NCBI RefSeq assembly: GCF_001194135.2
Contig: NC_069003.1
Coordinates: 27,250,559 to 27,289,064 of the forward strand
DNA length: 38,506 nucleotides
Reading direction: 5' to 3'
From: Octopus bimaculoides
Taxonomy: Eukaryota
The notes beneath the pieces were generated by a model that saw only the letters and a list, made by a program, of their open reading frames with translations, was not told the DNA's origin and did not search any database. The translations under genes and the position numbers were made by a program. Positions 12,912-24,070 of the stretch are shown here, in pieces; within the stretch, counting starts at the first letter, position 1; the number at the start of each line of letters is the position of its first letter.

Positions 12912-13207
12912 NNNNNNNNNNNNNNNNNNNNNNNNNNNNNNNNNNNNNNNNNNNNNNNNNNNNNNNNNNNNNNNNNNNNNNNNNNNNNNNNNNNNNNNNN
13001 NNNNNNNNNNNNNNNNNNNNNNNNNNNNNNNNNNNNNNNNNNNNNNNNNNNNNNNNNNNNNNNNNNNNNNNNNNNNNNNNNNNNNNNNNNNNNNNNNNNN
13101 NNNNNNNNNNNNNNNNNNNNNNNNNNNNNNNNNNNNNNNNNNNNNNNNNNNNNNNNNNNNNNNNNNNNNNNNNNNNNNNNNNNNNNNNNNNNNNNNNNNN
13201 NNNNNNN

Positions 13208-13254
<47 letters not shown>

Positions 13255-13544
13255 CATACATGCATGCATATATACATACAGAATTATGGGTGTCGAATTC
13301 ATGTTGCATCGGCTATAGGGAATTATTCGTCTTATCACGTAAATGAATACTATCCCTCTAATACTTTACACCATTAACACAACCTCGATTGGTAAAAAGA
13401 AAAAAAAAGAACAAAACAAACGATCTAGCTTATTTTCTTTGAATTAATGCAAAGTAGCGACTTCTAAGAGAGCATCTTCACAGTAATGAAACGGACAAGC
13501 TGATAAGTAACACGTGGTTTACTAAATTATACACTAGTCATGGG

Positions 13545-13625
13545 CAACGCGCAGCCCGTGGGACTTTCTAAATGGTACACTTAACGGAAAATTGTGTTCA
13601 ATTTGTTCAGTAGTGCGGCCCGCCA
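13545..13625. mobile_element. Possible hAT MITE terminus
   Basis: CTAGTCATGGGCAACGCGCAGCCCGTGG and GTGCGGCCCGCC resemble hAT termini of the CAG..ATGGGCAAC.TGCGGCCCGCGG type; no partner TIR found. Confidence 0.35.
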
Positions 13626-13914
13626 GGTGATGAACAATGTTTCACGCAGTCGTTACTCGAAAATGGCTGTTCTTGCTTGACACGCATCACAAAACAGATC
13701 CTGGAGACGGCTATTACAGGTTATTGGATCGCCAATAGAATTTCTAAGGGACTTTTGGAACTAAATCAAGGTTCTATCATTTCTTTAAAAAATCCAGAGA
13801 AAATCCTTGGTTAATTGCATAAATTAGATAAAGAGCTTCTAGAATGAAAATTATTCTATTCAGAATTTAGTGTTGAGCATTAGTGTGAGTAAATCACCTT
13901 TATCTCTCACCTAC

Positions 13915-14085
13915 GAAAGCGGCCATGCTGGAGCGTTGCCTTGAAGAACAATAGTTGAACAAATTGACCCCAAAAATTATTTAGAAAACAATGCCTGGCA
14001 CTTATTCTAGTAGTCTCTTTTACAAGGACGTAAACAGAACAACACCGGTTGTCAAGTGGTAGGAAAACATATACAAACAGAAAAG
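13915..14085 (-). mobile_element. SINE family B 3' half, decayed
   Basis: GCGGCCATGCTGGAGC...GGACGTAAAC...CACCGGTTGTCAAG. Confidence 0.75.
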
Positions 14086-14146
14086 CACAATACACATGCA
14101 CACACATATGCATACATACATACATACATGCACACATAGATACATT

Positions 14147-14177
<31 letters not shown>

Positions 14178-14299
14178 GCATGCATGCATACATACATACA
14201 TACATACATACATACACTCATACATACATACATACATACATATATACAAAAATACCTTGTTGATGTTGAAATTCCAATGAAGGAACTTTGGATCTAGGT

Positions 14300-14490
14300 T
14301 AGATCGGCAAGACATCTTGAAATAAACTGGATAATGCAAGAAGACAGTAGAATTGACATGAAGCGCAGGCTTTCTTGGACATAAGACTTCTGCATCACAT
14401 CACACTTTGAAGGCTACGGGTTTGCAATACAGGAACAGGAGATTGCCACAAAGTACCTGGAGAACAAGAGAGACAGTAACGCTCTTGTAA
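14300..14490 (+). mobile_element. R4/Dong-type LINE fragment (post-RT region)
   Basis: CITSHFEGYGFAIQEQEIATKYLENKRD resembles the ETEGFxxAIQDQ region preceding the zinc knuckle of RLE-type LINEs. Confidence 0.65.
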
Positions 14491-14499
14491 TCCCAAGGT

Positions 14500-15037
14500 C
14501 AGCTGAAAGCAGTTTTGGCACAAACATGGCAGACATGCGTCTCATACCCAAATCTTCAGTAATGATAAACTGAACTGAACTATGCACATCCTCTGATAAC
14601 TCACGGATGGTGATTCGACGATTTCCCCTCACAGCTGCACGCACATCTGCGATGTTTTTCTCATTTCTACTGGTTGTGTGTCTCCAGGAACGTTCGACAC
14701 TATCGACATTTTTTCGGCCATCTTGGGAATGTCTGGACCACTCGTACACTTGTGTGCGCCTCATACACTCCTCTCCATACACTTTCTGCAACTTTGCGTA
14801 AGCCTCTGAGCAGGTATCGCCGTGACAATTTTCTCTGTGATGGTCAATGCGGCGATCACACGTCACACATGTTCCTTCCAAGCACTGCTCTAAATAGCGG
14901 AAGTAAGATAGAACGTTGAAACTTAGTGCACATGCACAACAGAGTCCAAGGTCAATCTTTGCCAAGTGGCCTCACTCTGAGTACTTTAGCTTCGTTACTA
15001 CAGCAATAGTCTGGATACTTATTGATCAGTCCTCGTA
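14500..15037 (-). mobile_element. Second mariner relic (different subfamily): left TIR plus transposase N-terminus
   Basis: GDTCSEAYAKLQKVYGEECMRRTQVYEW...RRITIRELSED...EDLGMRRMSAMFVPKLL; TIR-like TACGAGGACTGATCAATAAGTATCCAGACT ending at TA 15036-15037. Confidence 0.9.
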
Positions 15038-15399
15038 CATATATGCACACATACACACATACACAGACATATATATATATATATATANNNNNNNNNNNNN
15101 NNNNNNNNNNNNNNNNNNNNNNNNNNNNNNNNNNNNNNNNNNNNNNNNNNNNNNNNNNNNNNNNNNNNNNNNNNNNNNNNNNNNNNNNNNNNNNNNNNNN
15201 NNNNNNNNNNNNNNNNNNNNNNNNNNNNNNNNNNNNNNNNNNNNNNNNNNNNNNNNNNNNNNNNNNNNNNNNNNNNNNNNNNNNNNNNNNNNNNNNNNNN
15301 NNNNNNNNNNNNNNNNNNNNNNNNNNNNNNNNNNNNNNNNNNNNNNNNNNNNNNNNNNNNNNNNNNNNNNNNNNNNNNNNNNNNNNNNNNNNNTATGTA

Positions 15400-15431
<32 letters not shown>

Positions 15432-15474
15432 GGTGTGTGTGTGTGTGTGTGTATGTGTGTGTGAATGTATGTGT

Positions 15475-15627
15475 ATCAGGCTTCTTTCAGTTTCCATGCA
15501 CCAAATCCGCTTACAGAGCATTATTTGGCCCAGGGCTATAGTAGAAGACTCGAGATGCCTTGTGGTGGGAATGAACCCGAGAATATGTGGTTGCGAAACA
15601 AGCTTCTTAACCACACAGCCATGCCTC
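15475..15627 (-). mobile_element. SINE family B head/CORE
   Basis: GGCTGTGTGGTTAAGAAGCTTG...CTTCTACTATAGCCCTGGGCC...GGAAACTGAAAGAAGCC on the minus strand. Confidence 0.85.
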
Positions 15628-15899
15628 AACCTTTATTGGAAAAATGAATATCTCTCCTACCTGGCAAAAATCAACCGTCAGAAATGCACAGCAAATAGTG
15701 AACGTCAGTCAATCAATAGATTCTACTCTCGAGAAATTATTAAAAGATATCAACCACTGCCAGAACAAAAATGGGGGACAGTAACACAGAGATAGAACTG
15801 CTGCTATTACACGGACACGAACAAGAACAAACAGAAAGCAGAGTATGGTCGAAACACACTTACTGCAAGATTTAAGGAGGACATTTCTGTTTACTCCAA

Positions 15900-17620
15900 C
15901 AAAACCGCTGAATGAAAGAAAGATTATTATGACATGAGTCGATTGAAAAACCTACTGACTTCATAATGTCCGCAATCGATCAAGTTGCTAAAGAACACCT
16001 AGTATAAATTGAAATAAATATCAGCTTTAGAACATTGAATGACCTATGATATAATGCTGCAATTACCATTCGCCACCAGATAGGAGTAAGAGAGATCGAT
16101 GAAAATAAAACACAACCAAAATAGATTGCAGCTTCCACCCTCCATTCCGCCTCACAAAATAATCTATGTAAAAATAATAAAAAAAAACATTGAATAACTG
16201 GATACTTTCATCAGATGGAAAGTGAATAATGAATGCATGAGCCACAATTACGTCTTTATGATAGAGTGTCTAAAATTTACGAGATCTGCCAATGTGAAGC
16301 ACTCACAAATAAATTCATCGACCTCAAACACGAACTACGAGTGGTATATCAAAAGCTTTGTTATAAGAAATACTTGCTATTATAGGCACAAGGCCTGAAA
16401 TTTGGGGGAGGGGACTAGTAGATTACAACTCCGGTGTTCAATTAGTGTTTATTTTATTGACCCCCGAAAGGATAAAAAACAGAGTTGGCATCGGTGGAAT
16501 TTGAATTCAAAACATAAAACCAGAAGAAATGTCGCTAAACATTTTGTCCGGTGCGCTAACGATTTTGCCAACTTAATGAAAAATGGAGTTGATCCAAAGC
16601 ACGGATTGTCCAACGTTGAGATTGAAACAGTGGCCCACTTAATTTCTGAATGTAATGGCTTTTATCACCAGTAGAGTATAAATCAAGGCGGCAGAGTTGG
16701 CCAATATCTACACTCTGCGAGATTTGAACTCAGAACGTAAGGACAGAAGAAATGTCGCTAAGCATTTTGTCCGATGTGCCAACGATTCTGCTAGTTCGCT
16801 GCCTTTGTTATAAGAAATTACGAGAACGTAGGACGATCACCCGTAAGTCTGCATTGAATCCTCACGTCTGAAAGATCATTCAATCTTGTAAACGCTCTTC
16901 TCTTTTGGAGGAGGAATGTAATGTAGTTAAATGAACAACGGTGTGAGGACGGCGCAAACGTCTTTCATAAAACGTGACATCATCAGTGAAACTATTTGGG
17001 CAGTTGCTGCATAACTACAGAACAGAAAGCCACCAAGGAGAAATCTTTTAGTTGGTTATTGGTATAGGAAGCCCTCATTTGAAAAGGATGAATACTGACG
17101 CTAACCAAAGAAACAGCAAAGAATGCTGACCCCGATGTGCCATATTGACAGTTGCAGGAATGACACCGAAGCCTAAGAACCAAGAGACGCTTGCAACCAA
17201 AGGCTACAGACGCATAGCATGCTTGAATGTTATACATAAATTGTACTCACAGTACCTGAATTCGAAACATTGTTGCGGTGACTATTGAAGAGGAAAATAA
17301 TCTGAAGAGGCGCCGAAGAGATTCTCATCAAAAGAGAATAAAACATTTTTATCAAAGAAGTTAAACCTAGACAATAAAAAGGATGTTTGATCAGCTTCTT
17401 ATTCGTGGATATCAGAATCCTACGCTTTGCCAAGGTTCTGACTGCTACAGGTGGTGCCATTAAGAGACTGGTACAATATGATCCACACAGCTATCGATAA
17501 GAACTGAAGCTAACTATATGTACAAGGAGAATAAAGTTATCTACTGGAATATTCCAGTTTATCTGTTATACTTTCAGATAAAACCTTGCTGAGGAACTAT
17601 CAAGGCTACATGGTAGGATA
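15900..17620 (+). mobile_element. Long decayed R4/Dong-type LINE segment (pre-RT and RT start), interrupted by a SINE insertion
   Basis: RKPPRRNLLVGYWYRK (KAPGxDxxxGYW motif, ~17030) and MTPKPKNQETLATKGYRRIACLNVIHKLYSQYLN (YRPIACLN motif, ~17160-17260). Outer boundaries are approximate. Confidence 0.6.
16372..16802 (-). mobile_element. Composite SINE A dimer with ~110-bp spacer, bounded by one TSD pair
   Basis: Two family A units (16684-16802, 16372-16574); direct repeat CTTTGTTATAAGAAAT at 16356-16371 and 16803-16818. Confidence 0.8.
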
Positions 17621-17734
17621 AATAGAGGAGAGAAAAATTTACTTCACCTGCATGTTTTTCTCTATGGCCTTGAGCTGTTTTCAAGTAATATTCAAACATG
17701 TGTGTGTGTGTGTGTATATATAATATATTCAACA

Positions 17735-17925
17735 TTTACAACCATTAATCCAGACACGTTTCTGTTCTCTCTCCGTTTCCCCCCCCTTCTCTCTCTCTCT
17801 GTTTGTTTTCTCTCCTCGTTCCTTTCTGTAGAAGAGCGTAGGCTCGAAACGTCGAAGATTTCAAATTTTACAAGCGTTAAGCTAATACACCTTGTTTGTT
17901 ATTCTTTCACCTGAAACACTGTTTC
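17735..17925 (+). mobile_element. Probable Penelope-like terminal-repeat-derived element
   Basis: Pyrimidine-rich segment followed by GAAGAGCGTAGGCTCGAAACGTC, the hammerhead-type signature of Penelope pseudo-LTRs. Boundaries are approximate. Confidence 0.5.
17822..17857 (+). ncRNA. Minimal type I hammerhead ribozyme motif (core variant A6U)
   Basis: Stem I CTTT/GAAG; core CTGTAGA plus an extra A; stem II GAGC-GTAG-GCTC; GAAAC; GTC cleavage triplet at 17851-17853. Confidence 0.55.
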
Positions 17926-18137
17926 GTACAGTTTTGATCCATAAGTAAATGTGTGTGTTTGTGTGTGTATGTCTAAAGTGTGTGTGTGTGGGGGGGGGGG
18001 GAAANNNNNNNNNNNNNNNNNNNNNNNNNNNNNNNNNGGGGGGGGGGGGTAAAATAGTTACTGAGGATTTGAACTCTCCATGTTTTACTTGGTAAAGATG
18101 AATTCAATATATTTTGAGCAGTAGAATTATTCTACCA

Positions 18138-18563
18138 CTTAAGGCAGCGAGCTTACAGAATCGTCACGACTCTGGACAAAATTCTTAGCGCCGAAGTTGA
18201 CATTATTGATACAGGGAGCTAACATTTGATAAGGAGAGATATTGGCGTCGGCCTTAAGAAAAGATATCAAAGAATGCTGACTTCGATGTGTCATATCTGA
18301 CAGTTGCAGGAACGACATTCAAGCCTAAGAGACGCTTGCAGTCAAAAGCTGCAGGCTCATAGCATGTTTAAATGTTATGTACAAATTGTACACAGAGTGC
18401 CAGAATGCGAAGAACTGATGCGGTGACGAAGAGGAAAAAAATCTGAAACGGTGTCGAACAGATTCTCATCGATAAAATAAGTACCAGTTAAGCACCGGAG
18501 TCGATGTAATCGATTAACACCCTTCTCCAAAATGTGATGAGGCTTCTTTTGCCTAAAGTAGAA
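18138..18563 (+). mobile_element. Chimeric SINE A: head + R4/Dong RT fragment + SINE tail, with 15-bp TSD
   Basis: AGAATTATTCTACCA at 18123-18137 and 18564-18578; head AAGGCAGCGAGC at 18141; internal LIACLNVMYKLYTEC; SINE resumes at TCGATAAAATAAGTACC ~18469. Confidence 0.82.
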
Positions 18564-18953
18564 AGAATTATTCTACCAAGTAACTAAGCCACACATATAT
18601 ATATGTAGGTATTTACACATATATATGTATATATATATATATGTATGTATATACATATATATATATATATATANNNNNNNNNNNNNNNNNNNNNNNNNNN
18701 NNNNNNNNNNNNNNNNNNNNNNNNNNNNNNNNNNNNNNNNNNNNNNNNNNNNNNNNNNNNNNNNNNNNNNNNNNNNNNNNNNNNNNNNNNNNNNNNNNNN
18801 NNNNNNNNNNNNNNNNNNNNNNNNNNNNNNNNNNNNNNNNNNNNNNNNNNNNNNNNNNNNNNNNNNNNNNNNNNNNNNNNNNNNNNNNNNNNNNNNNNNN
18901 NNNNNNNNNNNNNNNNNNNNNNNNNNNNNNNNNNNNNNNNNNNNNNNNNNNNN

Positions 18954-18984
<31 letters not shown>

Positions 18985-18987
<3 letters not shown>

Positions 18988-19135
18988 CGAGCTTTCAGTT
19001 TCCATCCACCAAATCCAGTCACAAGGCTTTGGTTGGCCGAGGGCTATACTTTACCAAGGTGTTATGCAGTGGGGAATGAACCCGGAACCATGTGGTCGGG
19101 AAGCAAGCTTCTTACCACACAACCACTCCTACACC
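18985..19135 (-). mobile_element. SINE family B head/CORE
   Basis: GGTTGTGTGGTAAGAAGCTTGCTTCCCGACCACATGGTTCCGGGTTCA on the minus strand. Confidence 0.88.
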
Positions 19136-19164
19136 TTGTGTCTCGTCAATCAGAAGCAGCTAGA

Positions 19165-19360
19165 CCTTTATGACCGAACAAGTCGGTGTTGGCGTGTTTA
19201 CGTCCCTGCAACTTAGGGATTCAGCTCAAGTGACTGATAGAATAAATATCAGGTTTTAAAAGCAATGTAATGGGGTCGGTTCGTTCGGTTAAAAACTTTT
19301 CAAGCTGAAGCCCCAGCATGGCCGCTGTCTAGTAATTGAAACAAATAAAAGATAAAGATT
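19165..19360 (+). mobile_element. SINE family B 3' half
   Basis: GTGTTTACGTCCC...CCCCAGCATGGCCGC...TGAAACAAATAAAAGATAAAGA. Confidence 0.8.
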
Positions 19361-19559
19361 CTGTATTTACATTTATTTACCAGCATCTGCAAAGATTCGC
19401 AAGTTTTCCATATCATCAGTTCAGCTCAGTTCATGAACAATATTCTTACTATCAACGAATTTAAATTATATATTTTTTCTTTCCAGATTATGAATGCATT
19501 CACTAACCTTGAAATATTTTGCATCGTAGTAGTTTATTCAAGCCGGTGAGGTCTTGCTT

Positions 19560-19700
19560 GGTGTGGTTATATCAGCTGTTGCGCAGTTCAATTATTCTAC
19601 TACGTAGCCGGTTCCTATCTTCAGCCAACAGCCAGAAATGGTGGCTAGCGTCTTTGTGTTTTTGATCTCTGATTCAGTATATCGTCTCACTTATATTAGA
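19560..19700 (-). mobile_element. Possible RTE-like LINE 3' remnant
   Basis: Minus HFWLLAEDRNRLRSRIIE resembles the W..LA.DR..WR C-terminal motif of RTE ORFs. Confidence 0.3.
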
Positions 19701-19746
19701 ATGCTTACACATGTTTATCTGTTTTCGGGATGAGCTAGAAAGGATC

Positions 19747-19796
<50 letters not shown>

Positions 19797-19829
19797 CCCG
19801 CACACTGCAAATTTCTATTGGCTGCTGTT

Positions 19830-20001
19830 TTATGGCTGTGTGATAAGAAGCTCGCTTTACAACCCCGTGGTTTCGAGTTCAGACCCACTCTGCGGCACTT
19901 TGGGCAAAGTGTCTTCCACTACAGACCTGGGCCGACAAATGCCTTGTGAGTGAATTCGGTAGACAGAAACTGTGTGGAAGCCCGTCGTATATGCACATTG
20001 T

Positions 20002-20053
<52 letters not shown>

Positions 20054-20215
20054 TGTTCACCCAACCTAGCTGTTTCTGCAAAAGAAGCCGATTGAATGAG
20101 TACCATACTTAAAATAATACATACTGGGTTTGATTTGTTTCGAATAAATCATTGAAGACAGTGCTCCAGCATGGCCGCAACCCTATGACTGAAACAAGAG
20201 AAAGATAAAAGATAA
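19830..20215 (+). mobile_element. SINE family B, near full length with internal (GT)n
   Basis: tRNA-like head, CORE-like GGCACTTTGGGCAAAGTGTCTTC, (GT)n, GTGCTCCAGCATGGCCGC and an (AAAGAT)n tail. Confidence 0.9.
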
Positions 20216-20259
20216 AAGCTACCTCATACTATACCTCTTCCGCCCTTGGGAGGACATCT

Positions 20260-20476
20260 ATTTATGCGTGTGCATACATGTACCTATGTCTACCTATGTA
20301 TATATGTATAATTATGTATATATATGTGGGTGCGCGCGCGTGTCTGTATGCATATATGAAAGTATGTACACATGTGCGTGTGTATATGCATCTACGTAAG
20401 TATGCATACATGTGTGTGTATGCATGTATAAAAGTATGTATATATGTGTGTGTGTGTGTGTATGCATGTATGAAAG

Positions 20477-20507
<31 letters not shown>

Positions 20508-20561
20508 ATACACGTATGTGTGTGTATTCGTGTATGAAAAGATATACATACATGTGTGCTT

Positions 20562-20617
<56 letters not shown>

Positions 20618-20660
20618 ACATACACTCACATGTGCCCCTGCCACACATAGACATGCTGTC
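20260..20660. repeat. Degenerate (GT/AT)n microsatellite
   Basis: Visible directly. Confidence 0.9.
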
Positions 20661-21139
20661 AGACACATATTTTGTGAAACCACACATTCTCTCACTCTCT
20701 CTTTCCCTTTCTCTCTCCCTCTCTCATTTCCCTTTTTGCTCTCCCTCTCTTTGTATTTTTTTGTTTTTGATTTTGATTTTTTTCTTTTGTATATTTTTTT
20801 TTTCTAAATCATCTTCTCATCCTCTCGCTTCTTTTCTGTTGTCTTCCTTCGCAACTGACATAAACACACGCGAACAAACACACAAATAAACATGCGGATA
20901 GAATGTTCCCCTGAGATATGTTGGTAAATGTTGAAATACCTGAGATGCACACCTGAATAGCTAACCGGCGTATTATGATCGACATCGCTCATTGTTTCGT
21001 TCTCCTCATCTGCTAACTGCAAAGCAGCCTGCTATGCGACCTACCAACCTTCACCAAAAGAGAGAGAGAGGGGGACCGTCCCTGTATTCATTCCATCTGT
21101 TTTACATAACAGCCAAATCTCCCTCTTATCACGCATTTA

Positions 21140-21420
21140 ATTGGCTCAGTGGTTGGTAGAACGTTGTGTTCTTGAGCAAAACCCTTTTGTGTTTTTATTT
21201 CACGTTGATCCACACCACTAACAGGAAAAAATGTGTAGTGCCTGTTATTCAAAAGGCCAGCCTTGTTACAGTCTGTGTTTCGCTGAATCACCCTGAGAAC
21301 TACGGTTAAGGGTATACGTGTCTGTGGAGCGCTGAGCCACTTGCTTGTTAATTTCAAGAGCAACTTGTTTCGTTGATCGGATCATCTAGAACCCTCATCG
21401 TCGTAACCGGTGGAGTACCA
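21140..21420 (+). mobile_element. SINE family C
   Basis: GTTGTGTTCTTGAGCAA...GTGTCTGTGGAGCGCTGAGCCAC...GTTGATCGGATC...GTCGTAACCGGTGGAGT. Confidence 0.85.
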
Positions 21421-21659
21421 TTCAGCAAAAATAAACGAGAATGGCACTGCTAAAGCGCCTTCAGTTATAGGTTTATCGATTAAGGATGACCTGGGACTTA
21501 ACAACAACAATAATATATTCTCTAAGTAGGTCGAATTTGTGAGATCATTTTGATCCTCTGTTGCTATATTTTTATTAGGTAAGAAAGGGCGATACTTATG
21601 GAGATCAAAATACATTCCCAGACAAGTTCGTGAGTTTTTAATGTAGCAGACTTTCAGTT

Positions 21660-22185
21660 GAAACATACCCATGAATAGCCTTTTTTTGTATGCTGAGTGC
21701 TTTCTATCCAGGTCCTCTCTGAGGAAGACAGCCCAGCTGTTTTGAGGCTGTACAGGAGATTATCAGGAAGAGAGTACTTTACTGCCAACTCGTACAATTT
21801 TGCTCACTTCACTTTTCAGCACTGCATTTATATATTTAGTTTTGCTGCTGTTGTTCAGCAGGTGCTGCCTGAGTAATACCATACGGCATACGAAGGCCGT
21901 CTGCACTGATCTCAGGCCTCTACCACCTTTATTTCTTCTTAGGTAGAGCCTGTCAACATCACTGTTTCAGTGGAAGTTCCCAGTTGTTGTCAGGATTTTG
22001 CGGGTTTTGATATCTATGGAGTGGATTTTCTCTGCAGACCAATCAAGTATCCCAAATGTTGGGATCAGCACTGGTACTGCAAATGCATTGTGTTGCAAAA
22101 AGAGAGTTCCGACTGCCATATTTTCCTAAGCTTGGTGTGATATTCTCGGGTCACTCTATCTTTATTCACAGTACCTTCATATGAT
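21660..22185 (-). mobile_element. R4/Dong-type LINE RT-thumb fragment with stop codon
   Basis: AFAVPVLIPTFGILDWSAEKIHSIDIKTRKILTTTGNFH*NSDVDRLYLRRNKGGRGLRSVQ. Confidence 0.85.
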
Positions 22186-22729
22186 ACATGTATTTATGTG
22201 TGTATGTATGCGTGTATGTATGTTCTTTTCCACTACCATCGTTACACTTAACATACGTGTATTCAAATATTGAGTCTAGTGTTGTAAGGACAAGAACAAA
22301 AACCAATATCACAAGAGTTTTATGTATTTAAAAGATATTTCGACAGAATATTCTACGTGCGAATATGCAAAAGCTGATAGAAATAAATGTTTCGACTGAC
22401 ATACCCGTCGGCTTTCCAGAAATATTTCTTGACTTCATATAAACACGTTCTTTTATAGTCATTGAAAACTTACGTTTCAAAATTTTATGATGGATTCTGA
22501 GAGTCTAAACAAACACATGTGAAGAAAAGAAACATCACGCAATTCACAAAAGAGAAAGCAGCAGAGCATAGGAAACTAATAAGCAGACCTATGTATCTTG
22601 TATCTCAAATCTCAGTTATTCAGCAGAACAGAGAAAATATTGCTGGAGCGAAAAATCGATGATTATTTGTAGAAAAGGGGAAAAAGAAACAAAAAAAAAA
22701 TCACTGCTTAGTTTAAAAAAAAAAAATAA

Positions 22730-22777
<48 letters not shown>

Positions 22778-23170
22778 GAAAAAGATGATGATGATGACGA
22801 TAGCAACAATAACAGCAATAATAAAAAAAAATGATGATGATGATGATGATGATGATGAAGAAGAAGAAGAGGAAGAAGGAGGGGAGGGGAGGAGACGAGA
22901 AAGGGAAGAAGGACGAGGAGGAGGAGGAGAGAAAGGGAAGAAGAAGAAGAAGAAGAAGAGCAGGAAAGCTGGGGAATAGGACGAAGAGGTGGGAGGGAAG
23001 GGAGAGAAGGAAACAGCAGAAGAGGAGGAAGAAGAGGGGAGGGTGAGAAGAGGAAGAAGTGGAAGAAGTGGAAGAAGAAGAAGAAGAAGAACAAGAACAA
23101 GAAAGACAAGAAGAAGAAGAAGAAGAAGAAGAACAAGAAGTAGAACAAGAAGAAGAACAAGAAGTAAAAA
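22730..23170. repeat. Purine-rich compound microsatellite (AAT/GAT/GAA/GGA)
   Basis: Visible directly. Confidence 0.95.
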
Positions 23171-23288
23171 GGCGAATTGGAAAAGATCATTCCTATGTGT
23201 ACCTCACGATTCTTACGTAATTTCCATTCCGTGTAAATACAATAGTGTTTTTTTTTAGTTTTATTATAACGAATATTTGTGTTTGTGT

Positions 23289-23327
<39 letters not shown>

Positions 23328-23509
23328 TGAGCGTGTATCAGTTTTACAATTACTTGGCATCTCACCTGTTTGCATCTTTTTACATCTTTCGAGGCAAGAA
23401 CTTACAGTCCTTGACCTTGAAAGAGAGGGGGCAGCTCGTACAAATTAAAACGAAAGGCAAAGCATAATAATAATAATGATAATAATAATAATAATAATAA
23501 CAACAACAA

Positions 23510-23762
23510 TAAATCCAATAACATAAACTACCACTAGCAGGTTGCATATCCAACGCATAAAACACACAACGCACAATATACCACTTATACAACAAAAGAC
23601 TGCTCCACCCCCTACAAAAGAATGGAACTGACGCAATACAATAAGGAGAAGAGTTTGCAAATTCCCAGTGACTAAAAAGAGCGCACAATGCTCCACACAT
23701 CCCAGCGGCACGGAGGTGCAGCAGGTGATGCAGAAGAAATTTACCTGAAACGACCAAATCTC

Positions 23763-23763
<1 letters not shown>
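23510..23763 (+). mobile_element. Unassigned 250-bp segment bounded by (AAT)n on both sides; putative retroelement 3' UTR
   Basis: Same (AAT)n-insert-(AAT)n layout as the Dong ends at 35.7 and 37.9 kb; no recognisable coding motif. Confidence 0.4.
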
Positions 23764-23825
<62 letters not shown>

Positions 23826-23826
<1 letters not shown>

Positions 23827-24070
23827 TTTGCCACAAGGGCAGCGATTTCGGGAGAGTGGGATGAGTCGATTATATGGATCCCAGTGTTCAACTGGTACAG
23901 TCGATCTCGGCGGAATTTGAACTCAGAACGTCAAAACAGACGAAATGCCGCTAAGCATTTTGCCCGGCGCACTAACGATTCTACCAGCTCACCGCCTTTG
24001 AACACAGAACATGAAAACGAGCGAAATGCCGCTAAGCATTTTGTCCGAAGTGCTAACGATTCTGCCGCCA
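23826..24070 (-). mobile_element. SINE family A (internally deleted) plus an adjacent partial head
   Basis: Family A tail TTTGCCACAAGGGCAGC joined to (AAT)n; second partial unit at 24001-24070. Confidence 0.88.

Noticed and set aside
17980-18050. G-quadruplex from G runs
   Set aside because: The runs flank a 33-N gap, so the true sequence is unknown.
20262-20889. ORFs of HT/CV/YI dipeptides and poly-I/L/N/H/E tracts (also 22659-23258, 32574-33368, 38039-38467)
   Set aside because: Translations of simple repeats; no splice or homology support.
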